Shown in pieces: positions 31,163 to 40,120 of a DNA stretch of 64,000 nucleotides. The notes beneath the pieces were generated by a model. That model saw nothing but the letters and a program-made list of their open reading frames with translations, searched no databases and was not told where the DNA came from. A program made the position numbers and the translations under genes. The number at the start of each line of letters is the position of its first letter. The first letter of the stretch is position 1. This DNA comes from Thermodesulfovibrionales bacterium. Lineage in GTDB: Bacteria > Nitrospirota > Thermodesulfovibrionia > Thermodesulfovibrionales > UBA6898. The stretch is from NCBI GenBank assembly GCA_046706685.1, contig JBJKPE010000052.1:2198-66197 (forward strand), read 5' to 3'.

Positions 31163-32410
31163 ATGAGAGTTTTGATTATTAATCCTAATATGTACAAGTT
31201 TCCGCCTGTCCCTCCGATAGGGCTTGAACATATAGCGGCGACCATCGGAAGGGGAGGGCATGAGTCGAAGATCCTGGACCTCTGTTTTTCCGACGCCCCT
31301 CATCGGGACCTCGATGAGGCTATAAACGAATTCAGACCGGATGTTGTCGCCATGACCGTGAGAAATGTCGACACAGCCCTCTATCAGGACAATGAGTTTT
31401 TTCTGGACGACATAAAGGGGCTTATAGATCATGTAAAGACACAATACGGTCTCATTGTGATCATCGGGGGAGCCGGGGTAGCGGTTGATCCGGAGGGGAT
31501 CCTTGATTATCTTGGAGCCGATTACGCGGTGGCGGGTCCAGGAGAGGACAGGATCAAAGAGCTGCTGGAGCGGATTCAGTCTGCCGCGGGTGTCCCGAAA
31601 ATTAATCGCCGAAGGTACCGTTACGAGATTTCGTGCCCCAGGAGCCTGGACGGGATCGACTACGGCAGATACTATGAGAGAGGCGGGGTTGCGGGCTTCG
31701 AAACGCACAAGGGGTGCGGCTCTTCATGTGTCTATTGCACCGAGGCTAACACGAACGTGTCATTCAAGAATATTCCCGATATCATTGAGGAGATCAGGGG
31801 GTTCACCTCGTCGGGGTTCAGGCGGTTTCATCTCTGCGACTCCGAGTTCAACGAGGACATTGATTATTGTACCGACTTTCTGGGTGCTTTGAGAGATGCA
31901 CGGCTTGGGATAGACTGGGCCGTATACATGAAGCCCGCCAATTACAACAAGAAATTATTCAGACTCATGAAGGAGACGGGCGTCTCTCTTATCACCCTGA
32001 CAGTAGATTCCTGGAAGAAGTGTTCTCTCTATTATTCCGATATCGAGAAGATCATATTCATCGCCAAGTCCTGTGGTCTGAAAATAGTCGTCGATTTCCT
32101 GGGAGGTTTTCCCTATGAGGATGAAAATACACTCGTGTGGTATCTTGATCTTTTCAGGAGGCTTCAGCCCGACAGCGTCGGCGTTAATACCTATATCAGA
32201 CTCTACCGTAAGCTCCAGATTACGAAGATTATCATGAGTGATCGCCAACTGAAGAATAGTCTGTCGGGCTGCAGCGGAGATGAGAGATTCATCATGCCTG
32301 TTTTCTATAATCATGTCGATCCCGCAAGACTGCGCGAGCTTATCGGTGACGATAAACTATTCAGAATCGAGGGAACCGGGAAAGGGGTAAATTACACCCG
32401 GAAATCGTGA
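31163..32410 (+). CDS. B12-binding-domain radical SAM protein
   Basis: The N-terminal cobalamin-binding-type domain is MRVLIINPN...PPIGLEHIAA. The radical-SAM cluster motif is CGSSCVYC (CxxxCxxC). Confidence 0.8.
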   Translation: MRVLIINPNMYKFPPVPPIGLEHIAATIGRGGHESKILDLCFSDAPHRDLDEAINEFRPDVVAMTVRNVDTALYQDNEFFLDDIKGLIDHVKTQYGLIVIIGGAGVAVDPEGILDYLGADYAVAGPGEDRIKELLERIQSAAGVPKINRRRYRYEISCPRSLDGIDYGRYYERGGVAGFETHKGCGSSCVYCTEANTNVSFKNIPDIIEEIRGFTSSGFRRFHLCDSEFNEDIDYCTDFLGALRDARLGIDWAVYMKPANYNKKLFRLMKETGVSLITLTVDSWKKCSLYYSDIEKIIFIAKSCGLKIVVDFLGGFPYEDENTLVWYLDLFRRLQPDSVGVNTYIRLYRKLQITKIIMSDRQLKNSLSGCSGDERFIMPVFYNHVDPARLRELIGDDKLFRIEGTGKGVNYTRKS

Positions 32411-32453
32411 TATGAGCAAGCTCTCAGTTAAAGAGCCTGCTGGCAGCCTCTGC

Positions 32454-33026
32454 CTATGACTCCCTGAGCTTTTCTTCTTCTTCCTGCAGTGTCTTGCATT
32501 CTATGCACATCGTCGTAACGGGACGTGCTTCAAGCCTGTTGATGTCTATCTCTTCGCCGCAGTCATCGCAAATTCCGAAGGTGCCGTTATCTATGCGCTC
32601 TACAGCCTCGTCGATCTTCTTCAAAAGGCGCTGTTCGCGGCCCCTCAACCTGAGCATAAAGCTTCTGTCGGTCTCTGCTGTAGCCTGGTCACCCAGGTCC
32701 GGGAAGATCATCTGCCCAGGCAATTCGTTTAGCGCCGATTCAGCTTCGTTCAGGAGGGATTCCTTCTGTTTCAGGAGGTTGGCTTTTATCTTCTGGATAT
32801 GTTTTTCCCTTTCAGAAAGGGTGGTTTTTTTGCTGCCCGGTGTCTTCACTTTTACCTCTTTTATCGTCTTCCCCCTGTCCTTCAGGGAAACAGCCGTCTT
32901 TTTTTGTGATCCCGCGGAAGGTGCGCTCTTCGGAGCTTTCTTCAATACGGCACGTTTTGCAGTCGAAGATTTCAGCGTTGAAGATTTTGTCTTTTTCGTG
33001 ATCCCTGTGGTCTTTCTGCTTGCCAT
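32454..33026 (-). CDS. dksA: DksA/TraR-family RNA-polymerase-binding zinc-finger protein with Lys-rich N-terminal extension
   Basis: The coiled-coil tip has DxxDxA (DLGDQA). The C4 finger is CDDCGEEI...CIECK, close to E. coli DksA. I moved the start to the ATG at 33026, after a GAGGAG RBS. Confidence 0.8.
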   Translation of the reverse strand: MASRKTTGITKKTKSSTLKSSTAKRAVLKKAPKSAPSAGSQKKTAVSLKDRGKTIKEVKVKTPGSKKTTLSEREKHIQKIKANLLKQKESLLNEAESALNELPGQMIFPDLGDQATAETDRSFMLRLRGREQRLLKKIDEAVERIDNGTFGICDDCGEEIDINRLEARPVTTMCIECKTLQEEEEKLRES

Positions 33027-33230
33027 TCCCGCTCCTCTTTTTGAATGCAATTAGATTACCAGAGCATGAGAATGTTAGTCAAGACAGCCCGCATCCAAAG
33101 TGACGGCAGAAGCGCCGAATATGTTGCAGCTATACGGGGCAGAGAATACAGGCAAAGGCAGAAGAGACATGCACTGCCTCGCGGCATTAGCGGTCTTTAA
33201 GGCCTGACCTCGATCGATTGATAATCTTCA

Positions 33231-33533
33231 TCATGCTTTCTTTTCTCCTGTCCGTATCTTTATCATGTAATCCATGGGATAGACCCCGATAAGTCCGTCT
33301 CCGGCAAATCCTGTCTGACCTTGCTGAACGATTGTACCGGTGACCTCGTCCACCTTCTCGTCGGGGACTATAATCTCGATTCTGTTATGAATCGTATAGG
33401 GCTTGTATAAGCGGACCTCGCTCCCTATGCCCTTGATCTCGGTGATCGTCATCCCCCTGATACCCTTTTCTTCCAGGGACTTCACAATGTCTTCCAGGCT
33501 GTCGGTCCTTACGATGGCTGTAATTGTCTTCAT
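33231..33533 (-). CDS. PII-like signal-transduction protein (short T-loop, non-GlnB type)
   Basis: The 100-aa protein follows the PII beta-alpha-beta pattern (MKTITAIVRTDSLEDIVKSLEEKGIRGMTITEIKGIG...). Its T-loop is shorter than in GlnB/GlnK and lacks the Tyr51 context. Confidence 0.75.
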   Translation of the reverse strand: MKTITAIVRTDSLEDIVKSLEEKGIRGMTITEIKGIGSEVRLYKPYTIHNRIEIIVPDEKVDEVTGTIVQQGQTGFAGDGLIGVYPMDYMIKIRTGEKKA

Positions 33534-33697
33534 TTCGACTGAGCCGGTTTTTTGCCGGCGAAGGTTGCGGGGTTCTTATCGAAGGCCTCCTTACAGCCTT
33601 TCGAGCAGAAATGGTAAGTCTCGCCTTTGTATGTCGATTTGCCTGTGGCCGTGCTGTCCTCAATGGTCATGTTGCAGACAGGGTCTTTAACCTTCAT
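33530..33697 (-). CDS. YHS-domain (TRASH-type metal-binding) mini-protein, 55 aa
   Basis: This ORF is absent from the ORF track because it is shorter than 60 aa. My hand translation is MKVKDPVCNMTIEDSTATGKSTYKGETYHFCSKGCKEAFDKNPATFAGKKPAQSK. An AAGGAG RBS precedes it, and its stop TGA overlaps the PII-like ATG (ATGA). By eye it is about 70% identical over 46 aa to the CopA N-terminus at 49497. Confidence 0.75.
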   Translation of the reverse strand: MKVKDPVCNMTIEDSTATGKSTYKGETYHFCSKGCKEAFDKNPATFAGKKPAQSK

Positions 33698-33991
33698 CGC
33701 TGTCTCCTTGACACTGCTTTTGTGAATACTTTCATGATCTCATATTCTTCACTTTCAGGCAAGCGGGTCCAGATAATTAATCTGTCCGGCCGGGCCCGCA
33801 GTAGATGTCGTTATCCGCAAGAAAGTCATGGTAATTTTCCGGGACAACATATAAACTTTTCGTATGAAAAGCACGCGGATGAGCCATGCATAGGTCGCTC
33901 TGCCCGGACACGATTATGATGAACAGGAACGGCCTCTTGACGGGATGGACTGACTTTGACTCAGCCGAAAAAGGGGTCGGGGAGACAGGAA

Positions 33992-35503
33992 ATGTCTAGA
34001 GGCGCGTCTTTTCCACATCCGTACTTCTCCACACATCCGAGATGGAGGTGGTTCATCCTGACGACTGTTCTCATAGGCGCAACCATGTCCGCCCTCGATG
34101 TAAGCATAGTAAATATCGCCATGCCGACTCTCAAGACCGACTTCAACACTTCGCTGGCGACGATCGAGTGGGTCGCTATAGCCTACATGCTTACGCTTAC
34201 CATCTTTTTGCCGCTCTTCGGAAGGCTGGCCGACATGTATGGCCGGGCGAAACTTTACAATGCCGGGTTCGTGGTCTTCACAATCGGCTCCGCCTTTTGC
34301 GGCATGTCGCCTTCAGCTCACTTTATGATCGGTTCCCGTACCCTTCAGGCGATAGGGGCCGGGCTCCTGCAGGCAAACTCCATAGCAATAATCACAGCGG
34401 CGTTTCCTTCCTCTGAAAGGGGCAAGGCCATCGGCATCCAGGGGGCGGTACAGGCTGTGTCGATGTCCATCGGTCCGTTCGTGGGCGGCGTTGTCATAGC
34501 AGCTATAGGCTGGCGCGCCATATTCTATATAAATGTACCGATAGGCATCCTCGGCACACTGGCTGCTCTCTTCATTTTGCCCCGTGATGAGATGAAGAAG
34601 GAGAAAGAGAAGGTGGATTACCTCGGCACCGTTTTCTTCTCAGCCGGTCTTCTCTTCCTGGTGCTGGCCTTTAACGAGGTCGTCAGACTGGGCTTGACAT
34701 CGCCCCGGATCCTCCTCTATTTCGGTTTTGCGGTCGCGCTGCTCGGGCTCTTCGTGATTACGGAACTCAAGGTCAAATATCCCCTTGTGGACCTTAAAAT
34801 GTTCAGGAGCTTTACGTTCTCCGCAGGCAATTTGACCGGCATGATGTCCTATTACGTGCTCTTTGCGATAATGTTCCTGATGCCTTTCTACCTTGAAAGA
34901 GTGGTCGGCTACAGCGTAGCGCTGACGGGCAGCCTGCTTGTGCCGATACCGCTTGCCATGGGGGTCGTGGCCCCGTGGGCCGGCAGCGTCTCGGACAGGC
35001 GCGGCCCAAGATTGATGACTACGGCCGGCATGCTTCTCTCATCCCTGGCCTGTTTTCTCCTAATGTTGCTGGGCGAGTCTTCTCATCTGGTCATGCTTGT
35101 GGGCATACTAATAATGCTTGGTATAGGGATGGGGCTCTTTACCCCGCCCAATAACAGTGCGATAATGGGCGCCGCCCCCAGGGACAAGCTCAGCGTGGCC
35201 GGGGGTCTACTGAACATGATGCGCTCTCTGGGGCTCATATTCGGCGTAGATATCTCCGGTCTCATATTCACCAGCCTGGAGGATAAATACGTGATAGACA
35301 AGGGATTCTACAACGTCCAGCATATATTTCATAACCGACTCATACCTGTTTCGGTGAAGGATAATGCCTTCATGAAGGGATATCTCGTCGTGCTGGGAGT
35401 GCTTGCGGCGCTCAGTCTTCTCTCGGCGTTCCTGTCGGTCCTGAGAAATGAGAGGCCGGATGAAGAGGCCATCGCGGCGGCAAAGGAATTAGGCGGGGGC
35501 TAA
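33992..35503 (+). CDS. MFS transporter, DHA2 (EmrB/QacA, 14-TMS) family
   Basis: It carries the motifs LDVSIVNIAMPTL, GRLADMYGR and GPFVGG, with about 14 hydrophobic segments. I moved the start to the ATG at 33992, after a GGAGA RBS. Confidence 0.85.
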   Translation: MSRGASFPHPYFSTHPRWRWFILTTVLIGATMSALDVSIVNIAMPTLKTDFNTSLATIEWVAIAYMLTLTIFLPLFGRLADMYGRAKLYNAGFVVFTIGSAFCGMSPSAHFMIGSRTLQAIGAGLLQANSIAIITAAFPSSERGKAIGIQGAVQAVSMSIGPFVGGVVIAAIGWRAIFYINVPIGILGTLAALFILPRDEMKKEKEKVDYLGTVFFSAGLLFLVLAFNEVVRLGLTSPRILLYFGFAVALLGLFVITELKVKYPLVDLKMFRSFTFSAGNLTGMMSYYVLFAIMFLMPFYLERVVGYSVALTGSLLVPIPLAMGVVAPWAGSVSDRRGPRLMTTAGMLLSSLACFLLMLLGESSHLVMLVGILIMLGIGMGLFTPPNNSAIMGAAPRDKLSVAGGLLNMMRSLGLIFGVDISGLIFTSLEDKYVIDKGFYNVQHIFHNRLIPVSVKDNAFMKGYLVVLGVLAALSLLSAFLSVLRNERPDEEAIAAAKELGGG

Positions 35504-35873
35504 AGAAACACGCACTCCCTCCGGCCGATATCATGTGGGTTCTCCCGCACGAGCTGACGCATTTGCGGTGCTGTATGATACTCCGTACACAAGTCCCCAT
35601 AGTCCCGCCGAAAGAGGAGGAGCCTCAGTTGCGGGTATTTACCCAAGGGAACAAACGCCTGCCAGCATAATGATAAGTCTCCGGAGTATGTGCGGAAATC
35701 GTCGCGTCATAACCCTACCCATCAGCTGCTTCTGTTCTTTTGAACAATCAACGGTGTATTACTCTCGTTGGCTTTAACCATTCCTCGCCGTGGATGGTGC
35801 AAAAAAAGTCGACTTGGTATAAAATTGTTTAGTAATTTATGGTTATGAATCTGTCAAATCGGAACGTAGGGGG

Positions 35874-36158
35874 ATGCATCAGCCGGGGAAAAACCTAATG
35901 TCTAACGAAACAAACTCTTCCATACTGGATAACCAGGGGCGAGGCAAGGTCGGGGAATTTCCTATAGACGAAATCCAGACTGTCTCGAAAATTTCGGCGG
36001 CTTTTTGTCCGCATTGCAAGACTATCACTAATCTGAGCGTATCTCTTATTCCTGTCATTGATACTGACCCAGACGGGAAGGAAATAATTTTAACTTCGAG
36101 GACGTATCACTGCGAAAACTGCGGCTTGTTTGTGAGATGTGAGGAGGATGGCCTTTGA
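35874..36158 (+). CDS. Small zinc-ribbon protein (CPHC...CENC), unknown function
   Basis: The 94-aa ORF (or 86 aa from the ATG at 35898) has two CxxC pairs 31 residues apart. Its stop overlaps the TTG start of hsdM by 4 nt. I recognise no family. Confidence 0.45.
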   Translation: MHQPGKNLMSNETNSSILDNQGRGKVGEFPIDEIQTVSKISAAFCPHCKTITNLSVSLIPVIDTDPDGKEIILTSRTYHCENCGLFVRCEEDGL

Positions 36159-38260
36159 CGACGTCACTCAATAAGCCGAAACTCGACAACCTTGCCGAAG
36201 AAATCTGGAAGTCAGCCAATCGGTTGCGCGGCAAGTTCAAGGCATATGAGTACCAGAATGTTGTCCTGCCGATCATAGTTATCCGCCGCCTGGAGTGCGT
36301 GCTGATCAAGTGGCGGGAGGACAAAGCCGCTGAGGTGAAGGCCAAGCGGCCCAAGTTGACGGAGAAGGAATTGGCCAAGCTGGTAAAAGGCCTGGAAACA
36401 AGTACTGCGTCGTTTTCCAACAAGACCGGCTGGACGCTGCGCCGGGTATATGAGGAAGACCATGCCCTGATCGAAGAGAACTTCAGGGCATATATCAACG
36501 GGTTTTCAAAGAATGTCGATGACATTATCGAGCATTTCAACTATCGGGCCACCATAAGCCAGATGGTGAAGAATAACCGCCTTGCACCGATCTTAAACCA
36601 ATATAAGGAGCTGGAACTCGGGCCGGACAAGCTCTCACCGCTGGAGATGGGCTACATCTATGAAGAACTGCTGCGGCGTTTCTCGGAACAAAGCGGCGAG
36701 GAAGCCGGGGAGCACTTCACCCCGCGTGAGGTGATCCGCCTGATGGTAGAGCTGCTCGATATCCCGATCCCGGACAGGCACATATCCATCTATGACCCGG
36801 CGTGCGGAACCGGAGGTATGCTTTCCGTAGCCAAGGAACATCTGCTTGACCGCGCTGCTAATCCTGAAGAGAAGGCCAACGTCGAGAAATTTGTTACTGT
36901 TCATGGACAGGAGATGTCGCCGACCAACTATGCCATCTGCCAGGCCGACCTGCTGATCAAGAACGATAAGCAGGCCAAGGTTTATCTCGGCAACTCGCTT
37001 ATTCCGCATGACCCGCACAGCAGGGAGCCAGGCGATCAGCTTCCTGAACCGAGGCACCAGTTTGATTTCATGCTCTCCAATCCGCCGTTCGGTGTGACCT
37101 GGGGCGGCAAGGATGGTTACGAGGCCGAGGCACGGAAACTGAAGAAGACACGCTACCAGGCGGGCATGCCTCGCGTGAATGACGGCGCACTGCTTTTTTT
37201 GCAGACCATGCTGGCCAAGATGAAGGAGCCGGAGAAAGGCTCCAGTCGCATAGCCATAATTTTCAATGGCTCTCCGCTCTCAAATGGGGACTGCGGTTCC
37301 GGGGAGAGCGAAATCCGCCGCTGGATTCTCGAAAACGACTGGCTCGACGCCATCGTGATGCTTCCCGATCAGCTCTTTTATAATACCGGCATCTTCACAT
37401 ACATCTGGCTGCTGCGAAACGACAAGCCTTCCTCACACGAGGGGCGGGTTATGCTGATCGACGCCCGCCATCAGTATGAGAAGGAGCCCAAATCTTTCGG
37501 CAATAAGCGAAACCGGATAATTGATGCTCATCGCGCCTGGATAGAGGAACGCTATCGTAATGGCTGGAAGAAAGGATATTCAGACGACAACGTTAAGCTG
37601 TTCCGTCGCGATGATTTCGCCTACCACAAGGTCAGTGTCGTCTTCTGGCAGTTCGATGAGAATGACCAGCCGGCCACGATAACAGAGCCTTATGAGAAAA
37701 CATTCAGTGCTGCCAATCTGAAAAAAGAGCAGGAGTTCTATGAAAGTGAGCTTGAGTTTCGGGTTACCCTGTCATTCCCGCTTGGCGGGAATCCTTCCGG
37801 GAAGAAAGATTGCAAGAAATCACCCTCCCTTAATCCCTCCCCTCAAGGGAGGGAAAATGTTACACCCTCGCCCCTTGGGGGAGAGGGGAGGGAGAGGGGT
37901 AATTCGGAGACAGTTACAAGGGTGGTTTCATTTAGCCTTTCTCCAAAAGACAATGCAGCAAAGAAGTTAAAAGAACTGATGGACGACAAGCCGGAGGTCC
38001 TCTCAGCAGAATGGACCCACCGGCATTATGTTAAGGATGATGAATACATCCCGCACGGCGAGGACATCGAAACGTTTCTAAAGCGTGAGATCGCCAAGCC
38101 TATCATCCGCTGGGAGGACAGCCCCCAGTTCGGCTATGAAATCCTGCCGAACAAGTACTTCTACCGCTACCAACCACCTACACCGGCGAAGGAGTTGCTT
38201 GAAGAGTTTTGGCGTCTTGAAAAAGAGGCGGAAAAGTTGCTTGAGGGTTTGGCGACGTGA
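36155..38260 (+). CDS. hsdM: Type I restriction-modification system, DNA methyltransferase subunit M
   Basis: The HsdM N-terminal domain is LAEEIWKSANRLRG. The AdoMet motif is DPACGTGGML and the catalytic motif is NPPF (LSNPPFG). The 701-aa length includes a ~44-aa repeat-derived insertion. Confidence 0.9.
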   Translation: MTTSLNKPKLDNLAEEIWKSANRLRGKFKAYEYQNVVLPIIVIRRLECVLIKWREDKAAEVKAKRPKLTEKELAKLVKGLETSTASFSNKTGWTLRRVYEEDHALIEENFRAYINGFSKNVDDIIEHFNYRATISQMVKNNRLAPILNQYKELELGPDKLSPLEMGYIYEELLRRFSEQSGEEAGEHFTPREVIRLMVELLDIPIPDRHISIYDPACGTGGMLSVAKEHLLDRAANPEEKANVEKFVTVHGQEMSPTNYAICQADLLIKNDKQAKVYLGNSLIPHDPHSREPGDQLPEPRHQFDFMLSNPPFGVTWGGKDGYEAEARKLKKTRYQAGMPRVNDGALLFLQTMLAKMKEPEKGSSRIAIIFNGSPLSNGDCGSGESEIRRWILENDWLDAIVMLPDQLFYNTGIFTYIWLLRNDKPSSHEGRVMLIDARHQYEKEPKSFGNKRNRIIDAHRAWIEERYRNGWKKGYSDDNVKLFRRDDFAYHKVSVVFWQFDENDQPATITEPYEKTFSAANLKKEQEFYESELEFRVTLSFPLGGNPSGKKDCKKSPSLNPSPQGRENVTPSPLGGEGRERGNSETVTRVVSFSLSPKDNAAKKLKELMDDKPEVLSAEWTHRHYVKDDEYIPHGEDIETFLKREIAKPIIRWEDSPQFGYEILPNKYFYRYQPPTPAKELLEEFWRLEKEAEKLLEGLAT
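37769..37900. repeat. In-frame MITE-like/GC-hairpin repeat insertion inside hsdM
   Basis: It starts with ctgtcattcccgc...gcgggaatcc, the same terminus as the element at 46747. Two GC hairpins follow (tccctccc-ctcaa-gggaggga; ccctcgcccc-ttg-ggggagaggg). It translates as low-complexity LSFPLGGNPSGKKDCKKSPSLNPSPQGRENVTPSPLGGEGRERG. Confidence 0.5.
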
Positions 38261-39591
38261 TGATTCGGGCTAATGAACCTTGGCTGGGGGTCGTGCCTGC
38301 CGACTGGCCGCCAAGCCGCGTTAGAAATGTGGCCCAACTGTCGCCGGGTTACTCCGATGGCCTTCCCGTTTCAGACGAACTATGCACAGTCGTTCCCATG
38401 GAGCTTCTCTCTGAAGATGGCAGGCTCGATATTAGCTCTTCTAAGATGTTCGAAGAAATTACTGGCGGGCTTACGCTGTTCGAAGCTGGAGACGTTCTTT
38501 TTGCCAAGATCACTCCGTGCATGGAAAACGGTAAAGGTGCCTTTATAGAGAGTCTGCCGACACGGTATGCGTTTGGCAGCACAGAGTTTCATGTCCTTCG
38601 CCCGAAGCACGCCGTACACCCAAAGTTTCTCTACTACTACACGTTTAATCCGATATATCGCGCCTATGCAGCTGCCAACATGTCTGGTGCTGCAGGACAG
38701 AAACGGGTCTCTTCCCGCTTTCTAAAGGACACTCGGCTATTTCTTCCTCCGTTTCCTGAACAAGAGCGTATTGCGGCGTTTCTTGATGCGAGTTGTGCGG
38801 CAATTGATGCGGCAGTGGCGGCTAAACGGCGACAGATCGAGACACTCAATAAAATGCTTGTTTCTACTATCGAGACCGCTGCAACGCAAGGTATAGACAC
38901 CCAAGTTAAGATGAAGCCTTCGGGACTCGATTGGCTTCCTCAAGTGCCGGCACACTGGAAGGTGCAACAGATCAAGCGTCGTTGTAAATTGCTTCGCGGA
39001 AAGTTTAGCCATAGGCCACGAAATGACCCGGCTCTTTATGAGGGCGAGTATCCGTTTGTGCAAACGGGTGATATCACGGCTGCAGAAAAGTACATACGTC
39101 ACTACTCTCAAACTCTCAACGAACTTGGGTATAGCGTGAGCAAGATATTCCCAAGGGGAACACTCGTCATGTCTATTGCAGCAAATGTTGGCGACGTGGC
39201 AATTCTCGACTTCGAGGCTTGCTTTCCGGATAGTATGGTCGGTCTAGTGCCTGATCATCATACTGACCTTGACTTCCTCTACTATCTGATGAAGGCTATG
39301 AAGGGAATTCTTCTGAGATCGGCTGTTCTTACAACTCAGCTGAATTTGAACTATGTTCGCATCGGGACAAATTTCGCCGCATTCCCACAGAAGAAGGAGC
39401 AGTGCAAGATTGCAAAGTTTTTAGATACAAGAAGTGCTGAGACCCGAAAGGCGGTTGGTATTCTGCAAAAACAGATCGAGGTTCTTACCGCCTACCGCAA
39501 GTCCCTTATCCACGAATGCGTCACGGGCCAGCGGCGGATTACCGAGGCTGATGTGGCGCGAGCGGCCAAGGTAGATGCTCATGGCGCGTAA
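38257..39591 (+). CDS. hsdS: Type I restriction-modification system, specificity subunit S
   Basis: Two target-recognition domains are separated by conserved helices (PPFPEQERIAAFLD...IETLNKML and FPQKKEQCKIAKFLD...IEVLTAYRKSLIHECVTG). It overlaps the hsdM stop. An alternative ATG lies at 38260. Confidence 0.9.
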   Translation: MMIRANEPWLGVVPADWPPSRVRNVAQLSPGYSDGLPVSDELCTVVPMELLSEDGRLDISSSKMFEEITGGLTLFEAGDVLFAKITPCMENGKGAFIESLPTRYAFGSTEFHVLRPKHAVHPKFLYYYTFNPIYRAYAAANMSGAAGQKRVSSRFLKDTRLFLPPFPEQERIAAFLDASCAAIDAAVAAKRRQIETLNKMLVSTIETAATQGIDTQVKMKPSGLDWLPQVPAHWKVQQIKRRCKLLRGKFSHRPRNDPALYEGEYPFVQTGDITAAEKYIRHYSQTLNELGYSVSKIFPRGTLVMSIAANVGDVAILDFEACFPDSMVGLVPDHHTDLDFLYYLMKAMKGILLRSAVLTTQLNLNYVRIGTNFAAFPQKKEQCKIAKFLDTRSAETRKAVGILQKQIEVLTAYRKSLIHECVTGQRRITEADVARAAKVDAHGA

Positions 39592-40120
39592 AGCGGGCAG
39601 GAAAATAGTGATTATCGCCGGGCCGAACGGCGCCGGGAAAACAACCTTTGCCCTTGAGTATCTGCCGAATGAAGGAGAATGCCCTATCTTCGTGAATGCC
39701 GACTTAATCGCAGCGGGCATTTCTCCGTTTCTTCCCGAACAGGCCGCCTTCCATGCAGGCAGACTGATGATGGATGAAATCAAGAGGCACGTGCTTAATG
39801 GTGAAAGTTTTGCCTTTGAAACGACTCTGAGCGGCAAGACTTATGCCCAAATGATCCCTGAATGGCAGCGACTGGGTTACAGCATAAAGCTGATTTTTCT
39901 TTATCTTCCTGATGTAAGAATTGCCGTTGAACGGGTAAAATATCGTGTCGGACAGGGTGGCCATAATATACCTGAAAAAACTATCAGACGCCGGTACGAA
40001 AAGGGCTGGCGAAACTTTCAGAACATCTATAGGCAGTTGGTTGATGCGTGGGTTCTTTTTGACAACTCGGGTGCAACCCCAAAGCTGGTTGATAAAGGAG
40101 AAAAATATGGCCAGGGTTAG
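39575..40120 (+). CDS. Zeta-toxin/COG4185-like P-loop NTPase (small kinase fold)
   Basis: Walker A is IIAGPNGAGKTT. FVNADLIA, FAFETTLSG, LIFLYLP and GGHNIPE..IRRRY follow the COG4185/zeta pattern as I recall it. It overlaps the hsdS end by 17 nt (an alternative ATG lies at 39581). Confidence 0.7.
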   Translation: MLMARKAGRKIVIIAGPNGAGKTTFALEYLPNEGECPIFVNADLIAAGISPFLPEQAAFHAGRLMMDEIKRHVLNGESFAFETTLSGKTYAQMIPEWQRLGYSIKLIFLYLPDVRIAVERVKYRVGQGGHNIPEKTIRRRYEKGWRNFQNIYRQLVDAWVLFDNSGATPKLVDKGEKYGQG

